Assembly: GCA_016748015.1 (NCBI GenBank)
Contig: JAAOMT010000298.1
Coordinates: forward strand, 1-10,175
Length of the DNA stretch: 10,175 nt
Direction of reading: 5' to 3'
From: Geosiphon pyriformis uo1
Lineage: Eukaryota > Fungi > Glomeromycota
How positions within the stretch are numbered: position 1 is the stretch's first letter; each line of letters begins with the position of its first letter. Positions 1 through 9,771 of the stretch are shown here, in pieces. The translations under genes were made by a program, and so were the position numbers. The notes below the pieces were generated by a model. The model made no database searches. It was not told the DNA's origin and saw only the letters and a list, made by a program, of their open reading frames with translations.

Positions 1-156
1 AAGCAGATCCTCATGATTAATTTTTTTTGACTCGGCTATCCTAAAATGGCTAAATATAATCAGTATGGGAAATCAAATTCACATCCCCCTTAAAACTGTG
101 GGACTCATTATAGCTTTTAATTTAATCCTTCCACTTGCCTAAAAGTTAGCTAAGAG

Positions 157-245
157 AACAATATAAATGGTCGTAGCAGGATTAGTCATTAAAAAAATTA
201 ATATACTAGACTGAATAATGTAAATAGTCGCAGCAAGATTAATCA
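157..245. repeat. Imperfect 32-bp direct repeat, two copies, period 57 bp
   Basis: aacaatataaatggtcgtagcaggattagtca (157-188) vs aataatgtaaatagtcgcagcaagattaatca (214-245): 26/32 identical, all 6 mismatches transitions. Confidence 0.8.
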
Positions 246-720
246 AAACACGACGTGAAAGTCTTATTTGAAAATCACAACTAGCAATGTGTTTTGGGTC
301 ATTATCCTGCTGATATACGGATTGATGCCTTATATTATCATAAAAGTAGTTATTTAATATTTCATGATCTAAATTCTTTGTGAATATGTAGAAACTAATC
401 TTCCCATATTCACTGATTCCCACTCAAAGATGCAACTTGAAGGGATATTTTACCGTTTGTGCGATAGATTGTCCAAGCAAAAAACAGTGTTTCGGGACAT
501 CTGCAACCGGTTCTCTTTAGCGCTTTGGGTGAGAAGAAGAGCATGCTTAGGCAGAAAGGCAGCCTTGAAGGCTCGTCCTTAATAGTTTATTCACCGACTT
601 CAAAGTCTGGATGTGTTTCTTCGAGCCATACTTTGATTTCGGCGAAGTTGAGAAGAAGTTTGCAGTGAATGAATATCCAAAACTTAGTAATTTTTGCATA
701 GTCTGCATGCAGCAACAGGA
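246..720 (-). mobile_element. Degenerate Tc1/mariner (IS630-Tc1) transposase remnant
   Basis: Minus-strand pieces lie in Tc1 order across frameshifts and stops: HTH-like FAEIKVWLEETHPDFEVGE*TI (~648-582); PKHALLLTQSAKENRLQ (551-501, resembling the KKPLLT..K..RL.W linker); TVKYPFKLHL*VGISEYGKISFYIFTKNLD with TGA at 426-424 where the Trp of VWG is expected; and the hallmark YQQDNDPKH (QQDNDPKH at 312-289). The FSDE and WP..SPDLNPIE motifs are missing. No TIRs recognised; ends are approximate. Confidence 0.85.
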
Positions 721-777
721 TCCAACAAGCTTAAATTTCTAGAGCGACATATTTTTAGTGTAATTATTCTCTGCCTG

Positions 778-813
778 ATTGTAAAAGCTATAGTGATGTT
801 TACTTTTGTGATA
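778..813 (+). pseudogene. Second, short kinase Gly-loop fragment
   Basis: attgtaaaagctatagtgatgtttacttttgt resembles attgcaaaaggtggctatagtgatgtttcatattgt. The exact 15-mer gctatagtgatgttt occurs at 787-801 and 946-960; it reads ..YSDVYFC vs YSDVSYC. Confidence 0.5.
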
Positions 814-875
814 CGGAGCTATGCACATTCTAATTTAAAATGAATTTTGTGTCAAAGTTTCCCATTCAATGACCG

Positions 876-1443
876 ATGGAACCTGATCTAGTATTTAACA
901 TAGAATTCGAGGAATTTGGTCCGACTACTCATATTGCAAAAGGTGGCTATAGTGATGTTTCATATTGTACTTGGGAATCAAAAGGCATAAAATTTGCATT
1001 TAAGAGACTTTTTAGCAAATTAATTGTACAAAAAAAGAAAAGAAATTTCAAGCGCGAAATATTCTTTAGAGAATTATTTGATTATTTCTAGCTTTAAATC
1101 TTATTTAAAATATTTAACCATTTTTCTGTTAAGTTGAAAATTTTATATAAATTGGGTAAGAAAGAAAACCCATATATAACTCAATTTTTTTAGCTTAACA
1201 CAAAATTTGAAACCAGATTTCTATTATGTTCATTTTTGTCTAATTTGCAAAACAGCGAAGATAAAATTATGCCTTATTTCAGGTCTCAGCAGAGATTTTA
1301 TTCTTTTATTACAATACGCAAATGGAGTTACACTTCGAGGCTATTTAAAGAATCATTTTTAATTGCTTGGAATTAGTAAGAAAATTAAGCTAGCCAAAAA
1401 CATAGCATATTTACATAAGAGCAAAATATTTCATAGGGATTTA
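876..1443 (+). pseudogene. Protein kinase (TKL-like) pseudogene, N-lobe to HRD motif, three exon relics
   Basis: 876-1058: IAKGGYSDV Gly-loop, FAFKRL (VAIK-type Lys), FKRE (alphaC Glu). 1134-~1205, after AG: LKILYKLGKKENPYITQFF (HPNIIQF-like) with a frameshift in a T run. 1283-1443, after ttcAG: FILLLQYANGVTLRGYLKNHF*...KIKLAKNIAYLHKSKIFHRDL with an in-frame TAA at 1360-1362. No DFG/APE C-lobe was recognised downstream. Confidence 0.85.
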
Positions 1444-4400
1444 ATGAGTTACTTGAGAGATGTCGTTGGTTTGTGTGCTCATCTCAAGTGTTTGTTTAAA
1501 AAAAAAAAGGTATTCAAATTTCGTGTCACGAATATTAAAATGATTATAGGTTTGAACGATGTATTTTCCAGCATTGATCCCAAATGTTTTTTGTTGAAAC
1601 AAATATTTTTGAGAATTCTTTCGTTATTATTTTATTTTAAACGAGTGAACAAAATGAGTATTGTTGAAATTTGGCGATTATTCCAAGATACCTATTGCAA
1701 AATGTTATGAATGATTTTTATTTTAGAAATTGTCCAACTTAGAATGTAATTTAGCAGACGTTCAGGATAAAAAAATTTGTATCCAAGAAAACATCTAATT
1801 TCTAGATTTGCAAATTAATCATTCATAATTTTATCATGAATAAAGGAATCTTAAAAAAAGATTCCTCAAAAAAGCTCACTATCCTTCATAATTGATTATT
1901 ATTATTGTTCTATGAGGAAATATTATTTTTTATCTTTTCATATAAAAATCATCCTCTGACACGCATTAATATTATACCATATTTCATTTAATATTTGGGT
2001 AATAAACTATATTTCAAATTGAAAATAATAATATTTAAATGACAGGAAAATCCTTACTGAATATATCAAATAACATTTTCATTATAAACTAATGCCTTTG
2101 AATGGTTTTCTCCTCTGCAATCTAACAAGATATTTAACCTGAACATGAAATTATATATTTAAAATGTGAGAAGTTCAATTTTTTTTTGGTTTTTTGTAAA
2201 TTTTATATATATATACTTTTATTGATATCAATTTGTTTCAGTTTCCTAAATTCTAAAAATTTTAATCTGGAATTTCGAAAAATATCGAATTAGTTCATAA
2301 TAAATTTTTTGGATATTTTGATTTCGAATTAATGCCATTTCCAAGAAGCTTCAATTTCCCAAACAAATTTGTTCCTTTAATACCTTTTTTAATTTTTTCA
2401 ATTTTACTTTATCCATAAAAATTTTATTCTCAAAAGAATAGTAATGAGATAGAAATTTTTTAATAATTTTTATTTAAGAATCACGGGATTTCAATATGAG
2501 AGCTAGGGTAATTAATCTCACGAGTTATTCTGTTAGTTGAATTATAAAAACTTCAAATTTCTCTACTAAATAATTGAGATGAAATGTTTTTATTTTACTA
2601 GAAAAGTAACTTGTTTACTTTATTTGTACAAAATAAATATAACATTCAAAAAATTGTAGCTATTAAACTTTGATAAAAGTTTTTAATTTTACAAATTTAC
2701 TAGTTTTTTATATTACCATATAAATTTTTCTAATATATTGGGTTTATAATATCAATTTTTTCAAATAATATCAATTTCATGTAATTTGTAAGATTATTTT
2801 TTGTATTAATCAAAGAATAAGCAAAATAACGCATTATTTAAAACTAAAGTTTTAAGTTATGTTTTATTTATCACAGCAAATAAGATGTAGCTATTCATTA
2901 AAGCTTGAACCAATAATTTTTTAATACAATAAAACCTTTTTGAAGTAATTTTCATCCAGAAAATGTATTAAATATAAATATTTTTTCTATCAGTTAGATT
3001 TTAAATGTAAATAACATTTATTGTATTTATTGAAATTTATAAAGAAATATTCTGGATCGCTATTCATATCATTAATTAAAAATTTTCATGTGCCAAAGAA
3101 TTAATACCTTCTTTAAGTGCAGAATTCTTCATAGTTTAACTAAACTGATAATATACAATATAAATTTTTTTTTGAAAATTCTTCAAATCAGACTGTTTTA
3201 AATTTGACATAATTATTTGAATTTACCCACTTGATTGTTGATACTTTAATGTATACTAAACTTTTTATGAAACTCTGAAGTGAATTTTTGAAATCAAAAC
3301 TACTGTGTATTTCTTTGAGAAAAGTCAATATGTTGGTTGGGAGTGTAAAACTATTGATTTTAACAAATATATATTAAGGATTGGTAGAGTAACATAACTT
3401 ATAACCCTATTATTCAAAAATATTATTTCTATTTATTAAAACAATGAAATTCGACCGATTCTGAAGTAAAGTAACTCTATAAAATTACAATTTCGTATTA
3501 TGGATATGGATATTAGAACTAATTCAGTGGATGTTTTGGAAGCATATTTAATCAACTGGATAAAAAATTAATCTATTATCGCCGATGATAATTGCATAGT
3601 ATAATAAATCCATTAGGCAAATACCTCTTATTTTTAGGTTTTTAATATTTAGGTTTTTATTTTAAAGATTAATATTCATTTCTTTTGAATCCTTAGAACT
3701 ATGACATCGAGAAAGCAAACATGCAAGTAAGAAGATTTATTCGTTATTTTCTATTAAAAAGTTTTGAATGTCCCTATCTAACTAAAAGACATAGTGATTG
3801 TTGTTGATTATCGCTGGTTGAATTTTTACGTCTTAATCAAAGGAATCTTGAATTTTATCGCAAGTAGAAAAACAGTAAATTTTGGAGACACTTAAAGATT
3901 AATTAGTTTTAACCATTCCAGTTGCAAAGGAAGATCACGATTTCAAATTTCTTTAACAAGTGGTCTAATATAAATGGTTCCCTCCCATAAGCATATATGG
4001 AACTTTCGGGTTCCAAGTTAAATGTAAGTAAGCATCAATTAATTTTCGACATTTAATTTGTATCTCATATAACACTTTTTTGAACGCATGGTTTTTTCGA
4101 CAAATTTTTAGGAATATAAATATTATTTAATTAAAATTATTATTATTACAATAATATTAATAGTTCTATATTCTATAGGAAAATTAAAAATTTCAGGATT
4201 TTTTTTTTTTTGCGTACAACTATTGCTTAGAGGTTTAAGTGGATTGAATATTTAATAATTTTTATTCATTTATGATACTAGTTTTATCATATTGGTTCTA
4301 TTCGATATCAATTGAATTTGATTCAAGAAATTTTTCTAAAGCGGAAAAATGAGATTCTAAAGGAATAGAGCAAAAAATAGAATGTCACTAATAGCTTGAA

Positions 4401-4873
4401 AAGAAATTTTCAAGATTTTTAAATATATAAGAAAATAACTTAATATTGAAAAACTTTGTTTAATAGAAATCTATTTTATTTAAAAAAAAACTTAACTTCT
4501 TTCGAGTCTCTTTATTAATATTTATTCAAAGCATTTTTTATTATTATTGCATAGTAAAAAAGTAAAACCGATCTATAATCTGTAATATTAATTTATTTCT
4601 AATGCTAGTCAGATAAAGAGCGTTCTATTTTTTTAGCTTGTGATAAAAACATACACTTGAGAAGTTATAAGTTATTTAATAAAGTCTTTTTAAAGTTTTT
4701 GAATATTTTAAAATAGATAAATTTTATTCTTTTAACTTTATTGTGGGGCCTAAAATCATAGGCTATAGAATATTCAGCCAGTGAAAGTTTCTAATATAGA
4801 CAGCACAACCTTCAGACAAATGTATAAGTAAATTAAATAAAAGAAAATCTATCTTTTTATGATTTGAAAAACT

Positions 4874-6350
4874 TCATACTCCTCGGCAGAAAAATTTCAC
4901 CTTTCTATTTTCTGACCCAAGTAAAGCATGCTCATAATCACCTGTATATTGACAATAGCAGTCTGAACTATTTTTAAAATCATTGCGACACAATCTAATA
5001 TTGGCACCTCCAAAATAGGGTCCAAAATCTGCCCCACCATAAGGTCCAGATCCTTTAACAAATTTGCTAAGTATAGCATTTTCGGCTTTGTCATCTCCAA
5101 GAGAAAAAATAAAACTTTTTTCTCCCTTTAGCCACTGATTCCTAGAGTGCCAAGATTGTGGGTTAAAGCCACCAATTGTCTGACCAGTTCCTTTCACTTT
5201 GATTACGCTAATTGTTGCTCCTTTTTCATCGCATAATTGATGAAAATCCGCTGGAGTAAATCCGTCTCGACTGCCTCGAAGTATCAATTTAAAATCATTT
5301 CCAAGTTGATTTCCAAAAGGAATATTTTCGTCTTTCCCTTGAATCCAATGATCAAGCTGTTTTATATTACGCGATTTAAGAAGCTTTGTATTAATATTTG
5401 ATCGAGTCAAACGTAATGGCTGAGCGTCTACAGACTTTTGATGACTACCCGGTACGAGATAATGATGTAAAAGATCTTCATATAAAGTTCCAGGTAAGAT
5501 TCTCGCAAATGGTTTTACTTTGTGATAAAAGTCAACTGAAGATATGTTAAAGAAGCGGATTAAAGGTAGAAGCCTTTCGATGGATTCCTTAAAGGCGTTA
5601 AAGTTTTCATCTGTCCAGTAAAGAACATTTTTCGTATGAATATCGCTATCAAATTTAGCAACTCCCCATTCTACAATCTTTTCCCATATTTCAGATTTTT
5701 CTATATTTATTTCATCCTGGGTTAAAATTGAGAAAAGAGCATTTTCACTAAGGGAGGTAAAATCTTGCGAGTTGAAGACTATAGTTGGATTTTCAGCAGC
5801 TATTTCGGTGCAGAATTTTTGTAACTTTTTGAAAGAATCATGCATAAATGAAGTTTTCTGCAAAGTGGCAAAATTTTCTTCTAGTTCTTTTGCACGGTTT
5901 TCAATCAAATAGTCTTCAAGATGATCAATAATGTTTTCTAGAATAAGCTCATCAGCGGTAACAAGCAATTCTAAAATGGTAGGTACTCCATGTTTATCAA
6001 GAGATATCTCGCCATTATAAATATATCTGTGAAAGAAAGTAAAACATATGAATTGATATTGGCCAAAATATTTGAAGTAAATAATACCCTTACCTGAGAA
6101 TTATTTCAAAAATCTTTGGTGAAATATTAGGTTTAGGGAAGATAATGATATTATTTTCCCTTTTAATCCAATTGCTAGAGAGTGCGACAGCAAAATATGG
6201 TGATCTTGCTGCCAAAATTTGGGAATGAGCATGAAAAGTTCTAATATTGGGCGCTTCGCCAACTATAATTCTAATATCAGAGAACTTCTGAATGTTAAAT
6301 AAATTCCCAAAATCATTAGATAAAGCGTGAAAGTATTGTTGGGGTGACAT
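4874..6350 (-). CDS. BTB/POZ-BACK-TLDc protein, copy A; join(6350..6094,6026..4874), 469 aa as assembled; frameshifted near the C-terminus (canonical stop at 4851-4849)
   Basis: BTB: FSDIRIIVGE..RTFHAHSQILAARSPYF..ALS..FEIILR|YIYNG..LELLVTADEL. BACK: LQKFC..FTSLSENAL..IWEKIVEWG..LLPLIRF. TLDc: FKLILRGSRDGF..FH.LCDEKGATISVIKV..IGGFNP.SW..SFIFS..GPYFG. Splicing joins ORFs 6090-6350 and 4874-5968 in frame. Confidence 0.92.
6027..6093 (-). other. Spliceosomal intron of copy A (67 nt, phase 2)
   Basis: AG|GTAAGG...ttctttcaCAG|A; removal gives the continuous BTB motif IILR-YIYNG. Confidence 0.93.
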
Positions 6351-8231
6351 CGGTAAAATATGAGAAGTCTGTGTGAAGTCTTTTTCCCTACTATCAGTAT
6401 TTATGCAATTGACACATAGTCATATACTTATCCGGAGCTGAGATCACATGTTAATGTGCACTTAATCGATTGATCAATTAATTCTGAATCCTCATTATTT
6501 TGGTCCCTTTAATATTTTCTCTGAGAGATGAATCTCAAGGGACTCTGCAACTTACTGCAATCAAATCATCAGAGCCTCTATTTGAAAAGCATCAAATATC
6601 TAAACAGCCGATCTTTCGGTTTTGTTAATAAATTATAACACTTGAGTTAAATTTTTATTAGCACTATAAACAGATTTTACCGTCCAAAATGAACGATAAT
6701 CGAGTGGAACTTTTGGTCTCAAAAAAACCTCGCGATAGTTCTTTTGTAAATTTTATCTTTCAATGTACTATATAATAATAGCATGCTAAAAAAGAATTTC
6801 ATTTATTACTTATAAGTTTATAAGTTTTTTTTTGCCAAAATATGGTTTATAGACTGTTGGATTTTGAATCCAGATTATTCTTGACTGAAATTTTTTCATT
6901 ATTTTCAAATTATCAAACCATTTTTTAAATCAGCTAGGATATTTTTTTATACCTATTTAAATAAAGCGTTGTTTTAAAATACGCTATGAGATATTGGTTA
7001 TTTTCCCATGTTTATATTCATCTTTAGATTTCTAATGGTAAAGAATTTTTTAATAAAAAAGGAAAATCATTTTGCCAATAAAGTTTTTATCTATAATAAA
7101 AGCTAGTCATCAATTTTTACTTTATTTCCTCAAATTTAATTATACGGTTTTGAATTATACCTTTTTTTTAAAACCCCATTTCAAGATATTAAAATATTTT
7201 ATACGCGATAAGCAATCTATAATTCTTTTATCCTTTCTTGATGAAAAATTTTAAATTTTATAGAAACGAAATCCAAAAACTCCATAATTCTTGCCAAATT
7301 ATTTACATTTGATTTTTGCTAAAACGCTTGCAAACCAAAAAATTTATAAATCAAATTTTTAGGATGACTAAGACTTTTTATATCCTCAATTATAATAAAT
7401 TTATAATTATTGTTATTGTTATTATTTCTATTTTTATTGTTGTTGTTTTTATTATAGATTGAGATATTTTAAGCTTAATTTTTACAAAGCGTAGACTGCT
7501 ATCAATAAAATATATACATAATAGTGGTATTGTAACTTTATATTTAGATTTCCTTTATCAATTTCATAGAAATGTGTTTAGGTACTCTCGAAAATAATAT
7601 ATTACTTGCCTTAAATAGTTTTTGCAAAATTAATGAAGATTTATCTGAGAAATATTTGTTTATAACATCCTTTCTTCTGAGGATAATTCTGCTCAAATAT
7701 CGAACTAAAATCTCTTATTGAATTAAGTAAAGTTTTTTAGTAAACTTTTTCAGAATAAATATATAGAGAAAAGGTATCAAATTCAAGAAAATTCTACCAA
7801 AAAATCAATAAAATCAAACCTATTCAATTTGGTTCATTAATTTTAATATTCGTATTGTTTATTTTAATTGCCCAAAGTTTTTTTTAATAAAAACAAATAG
7901 TTTAGTTGTTCAAGATTTTTGAGATCAAAAGTTTCACTCGGTTATAGGCGTAAAATCTGTTTAGAGTACTAATAGAAATTATTACTTAAGTGTTATATTT
8001 GATCAAAAACACGGCAAACCCGGCTGTTTAGGTATTTTTATACTTTTGGAGGCGATTTGATTACAGCAAGTTGCAGAGTCCCTTGAGAATGATCTCTCCA
8101 GGCTCAGATCAATCGATAAAGTGCAGTTCATATGTGATCTCAGCTCCGGATAAGTATATGACTATGTGTCAATGGCATAAATACTGATGCGTAGGGAAAA
8201 AGACTTCACACAGACTTCTCATATTTTACCG
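6351..8231. promoter_or_regulatory. Divergent intergenic region: two homologous upstream regions flanking a unique ~1.2 kb AT-rich spacer
   Basis: Lies between the head-to-head start codons at 6350 (-) and 8232 (+). 6351-6725 is homologous to 7916-8231, nearly identical over the proximal ~100 bp. Promoter function is inferred from position only. Confidence 0.5.
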
Positions 8232-9771
8232 ATGTCATTCCAACAACACTTTCACGCTTTATCTAATGATTTTGGGAATTTATTTAACAGTCAGAAGTTC
8301 TCTGATATTAGAATTATAGTTGGCGAAGCGCCCGATATCAGAACTTTTTATGCTCATTCCCAAATTTTAGCAGCAAGATCACCATATTTTGCTGTCGCAC
8401 TCTCTAGCAATTGGATTAAAAGGGAAAATAATATCATTATCTTCCCTAAACCTAATATTTCACCAAAGATTTTTGAAATAATTCTCAGGTAAGGGTATCA
8501 TTTCCTTCAAATATTTTGGCCAACATGAAACTCACTCTTTAATTTTTCTGCAGATACATTTATAATGGCGAGATATCTCTTGATAAACATGGAGTACCTA
8601 CCATTTTAGAATTGCTTGTTACCGCTGATGAGCTTATTCTAGAAAACATTATTGATCATCTTGAAGACTATTTGATTGAAAACCGTGCAAAAGAACTAGA
8701 AGAAAATTTCGCCACTTTGCAGAAAACTTCATTTATGCATGATTCTTTCAAAAAGTTACAAAAATTCTGCACCGAAATAGCTGCTGAAAATCCAANNNNN
8801 NNNNNNNNNNNNNNNNNNNNNNNNNNNNNNNNNNNNNNNNNNNNNNNNNNNNNNNNNNNNNNNNNNNNNNNNNNNNNNNNNNNNNNNNNNNNNNNNNNNN
8901 NNNNNNNNNNNNNNNNNNNNNNNNNNNNNNNNNNNNNNNNNNNNNNNNNNNNNNNNNNNNNNNNNNNNNNNNNNNNNNNNNNNNNNNNNNNNNNNNNNNN
9001 NNNNNNNNNNNNNNNNNNNNNNNNNNNNNNNNNNNNNNNNNNNNNNNNNNNNNNNNNNNNNNNNNNNNNNNNNNNNNNNNNNNNNNNNNNNNNNNNNNNN
9101 NNNNNNNNNNNNNNNNNNNCATATCTTCAGTTGACTTCTATCACAAAGTAAAACCATTTGCGAGAATCTTACCTGGAACTTTATATGAAGATCTTTTACA
9201 TCATTATCTCGTACCGGGTAGTCATCAAAAGTCTGTAGACGCTCAGCCATTACGTTTGACTAGATCAAATATTGATACAAAGCTTCTTAAATCGCAAAAC
9301 ATTCAACAGCTTGATCATTGGATTCAAGGCAAAGATGACAATACTCCTTTTGGAAATCAACTTGAAAATAATTTTAAATTGTTACTTCGAGGCAGTCGAG
9401 ACGGATTTACTCCAGCGGATTTTCATCGATTATGCGATGATAAAGGAGCAACAGTTAGCGTAATCAAAGTGAAAGGAACTGGTCAGATAATTGGCGACTT
9501 TAACCCACAATCTTGGCATTCTAGGAATGAATATTTAGAGGGAAAAGGAAGTTTTATTTTTTCTCTTGGAGATGATAAAACTGAAAATGCTATACTTAGC
9601 AAGTTTTTTACAGGATATGGACCTTTTGGTGGGGCAAATTGTGGGCCCTATTTTGGACTTTCCAATATTAAATTGTGTGGCAAGGATCTTAAAAATAGTT
9701 CAGACTGCTATTGTCAATATACAGGTCATTATGAGCATGCTTTACTTGGGTCAAATTCAATTGATATCTAA
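8232..9771 (+). CDS. BTB/POZ-BACK-TLDc protein, copy B; join(8232..8488,8554..9771) across an N gap; C-terminally truncated, possible pseudogene
   Basis: Paralog of copy A: 81/86 aa identical in exon 1, identical protein from 8554 to the gap and from 9120 to 9255, 134/166 aa identical in the TLDc region. Ends ..HALLGS-NSIDI* because of a deletion. An upstream in-frame ATG exists at 8187. Confidence 0.85.
8489..8553 (+). other. Spliceosomal intron of copy B (65 nt, phase 2)
   Basis: AG|GTAAGG...tttttctgCAG|A, same position and phase as the copy A intron. Confidence 0.93.
8796..9119. other. Assembly gap (324 N)
   Basis: Run of N. The equivalent interval in copy A (5547-5784) is 238 bp. Confidence 0.99.

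Larger units (their letters stand above)
3895..6725 (-). repeat. Left arm of inverted segmental duplication (outer limit not visible because the partner arm leaves the window)
   Basis: Reverse complement aligns to 7916-10175. Anchor pairs: 6725/7916, 6350/8232, 5785/8795, 5546/9120, 4913/9753, 4318/9754, 3895/10175. Confidence 0.93.

Noticed and set aside
1451-1489. 8-bp inverted repeat acttgaga/tctcaagt just after the kinase relic
   Set aside because: Too short to exceed chance; no TSD or second copy seen.
1444-1710. C-terminal part of ORF 1363-1710 as kinase continuation
   Set aside because: No N/DFG/APE motifs after HRDL; read-through into non-kinase sequence.
1800-3400. Long AT-rich stretch scanned for exons, RNA genes and repeat arrays
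   Set aside because: Nothing supportable was seen by eye; probably intergenic or eroded repeat DNA.
4879-4900. Mini-intron (GTGAAA..CCGAG) rescuing the copy A frameshift
   Set aside because: Only 19 nt, too short for a normal spliceosomal intron.
4897-5100. Alternative-frame ORF present in both copies (also 9566-9802), plus 9272-9463
   Set aside because: Shifted-frame shadows of the TLDc exon. The presence of 4897-5100 in both copies follows from the duplication, and there are no recognisable motifs.
7072-7254. 60-aa ORF in the spacer as a possible invertase or regulator
   Set aside because: Non-ATG start, F/L/K/I-rich translation of AT-rich DNA, no motif.
7405-7456. (TTA/TTG)n-like tract near the spacer centre
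   Set aside because: Ordinary degenerate low-complexity sequence.
8748-9250. Minus-strand ORFs 8748-9122 and 8756-9250, and the stop of ORF 8612-9151
   Set aside because: Artefacts of translating through the N gap.
4913-9753. DGR-like template/variable repeat pair explaining TLDc variability
   Set aside because: Only about 15 of 49 differences fall on adenines of copy A's coding strand, roughly base composition. No reverse transcriptase is present in the window.
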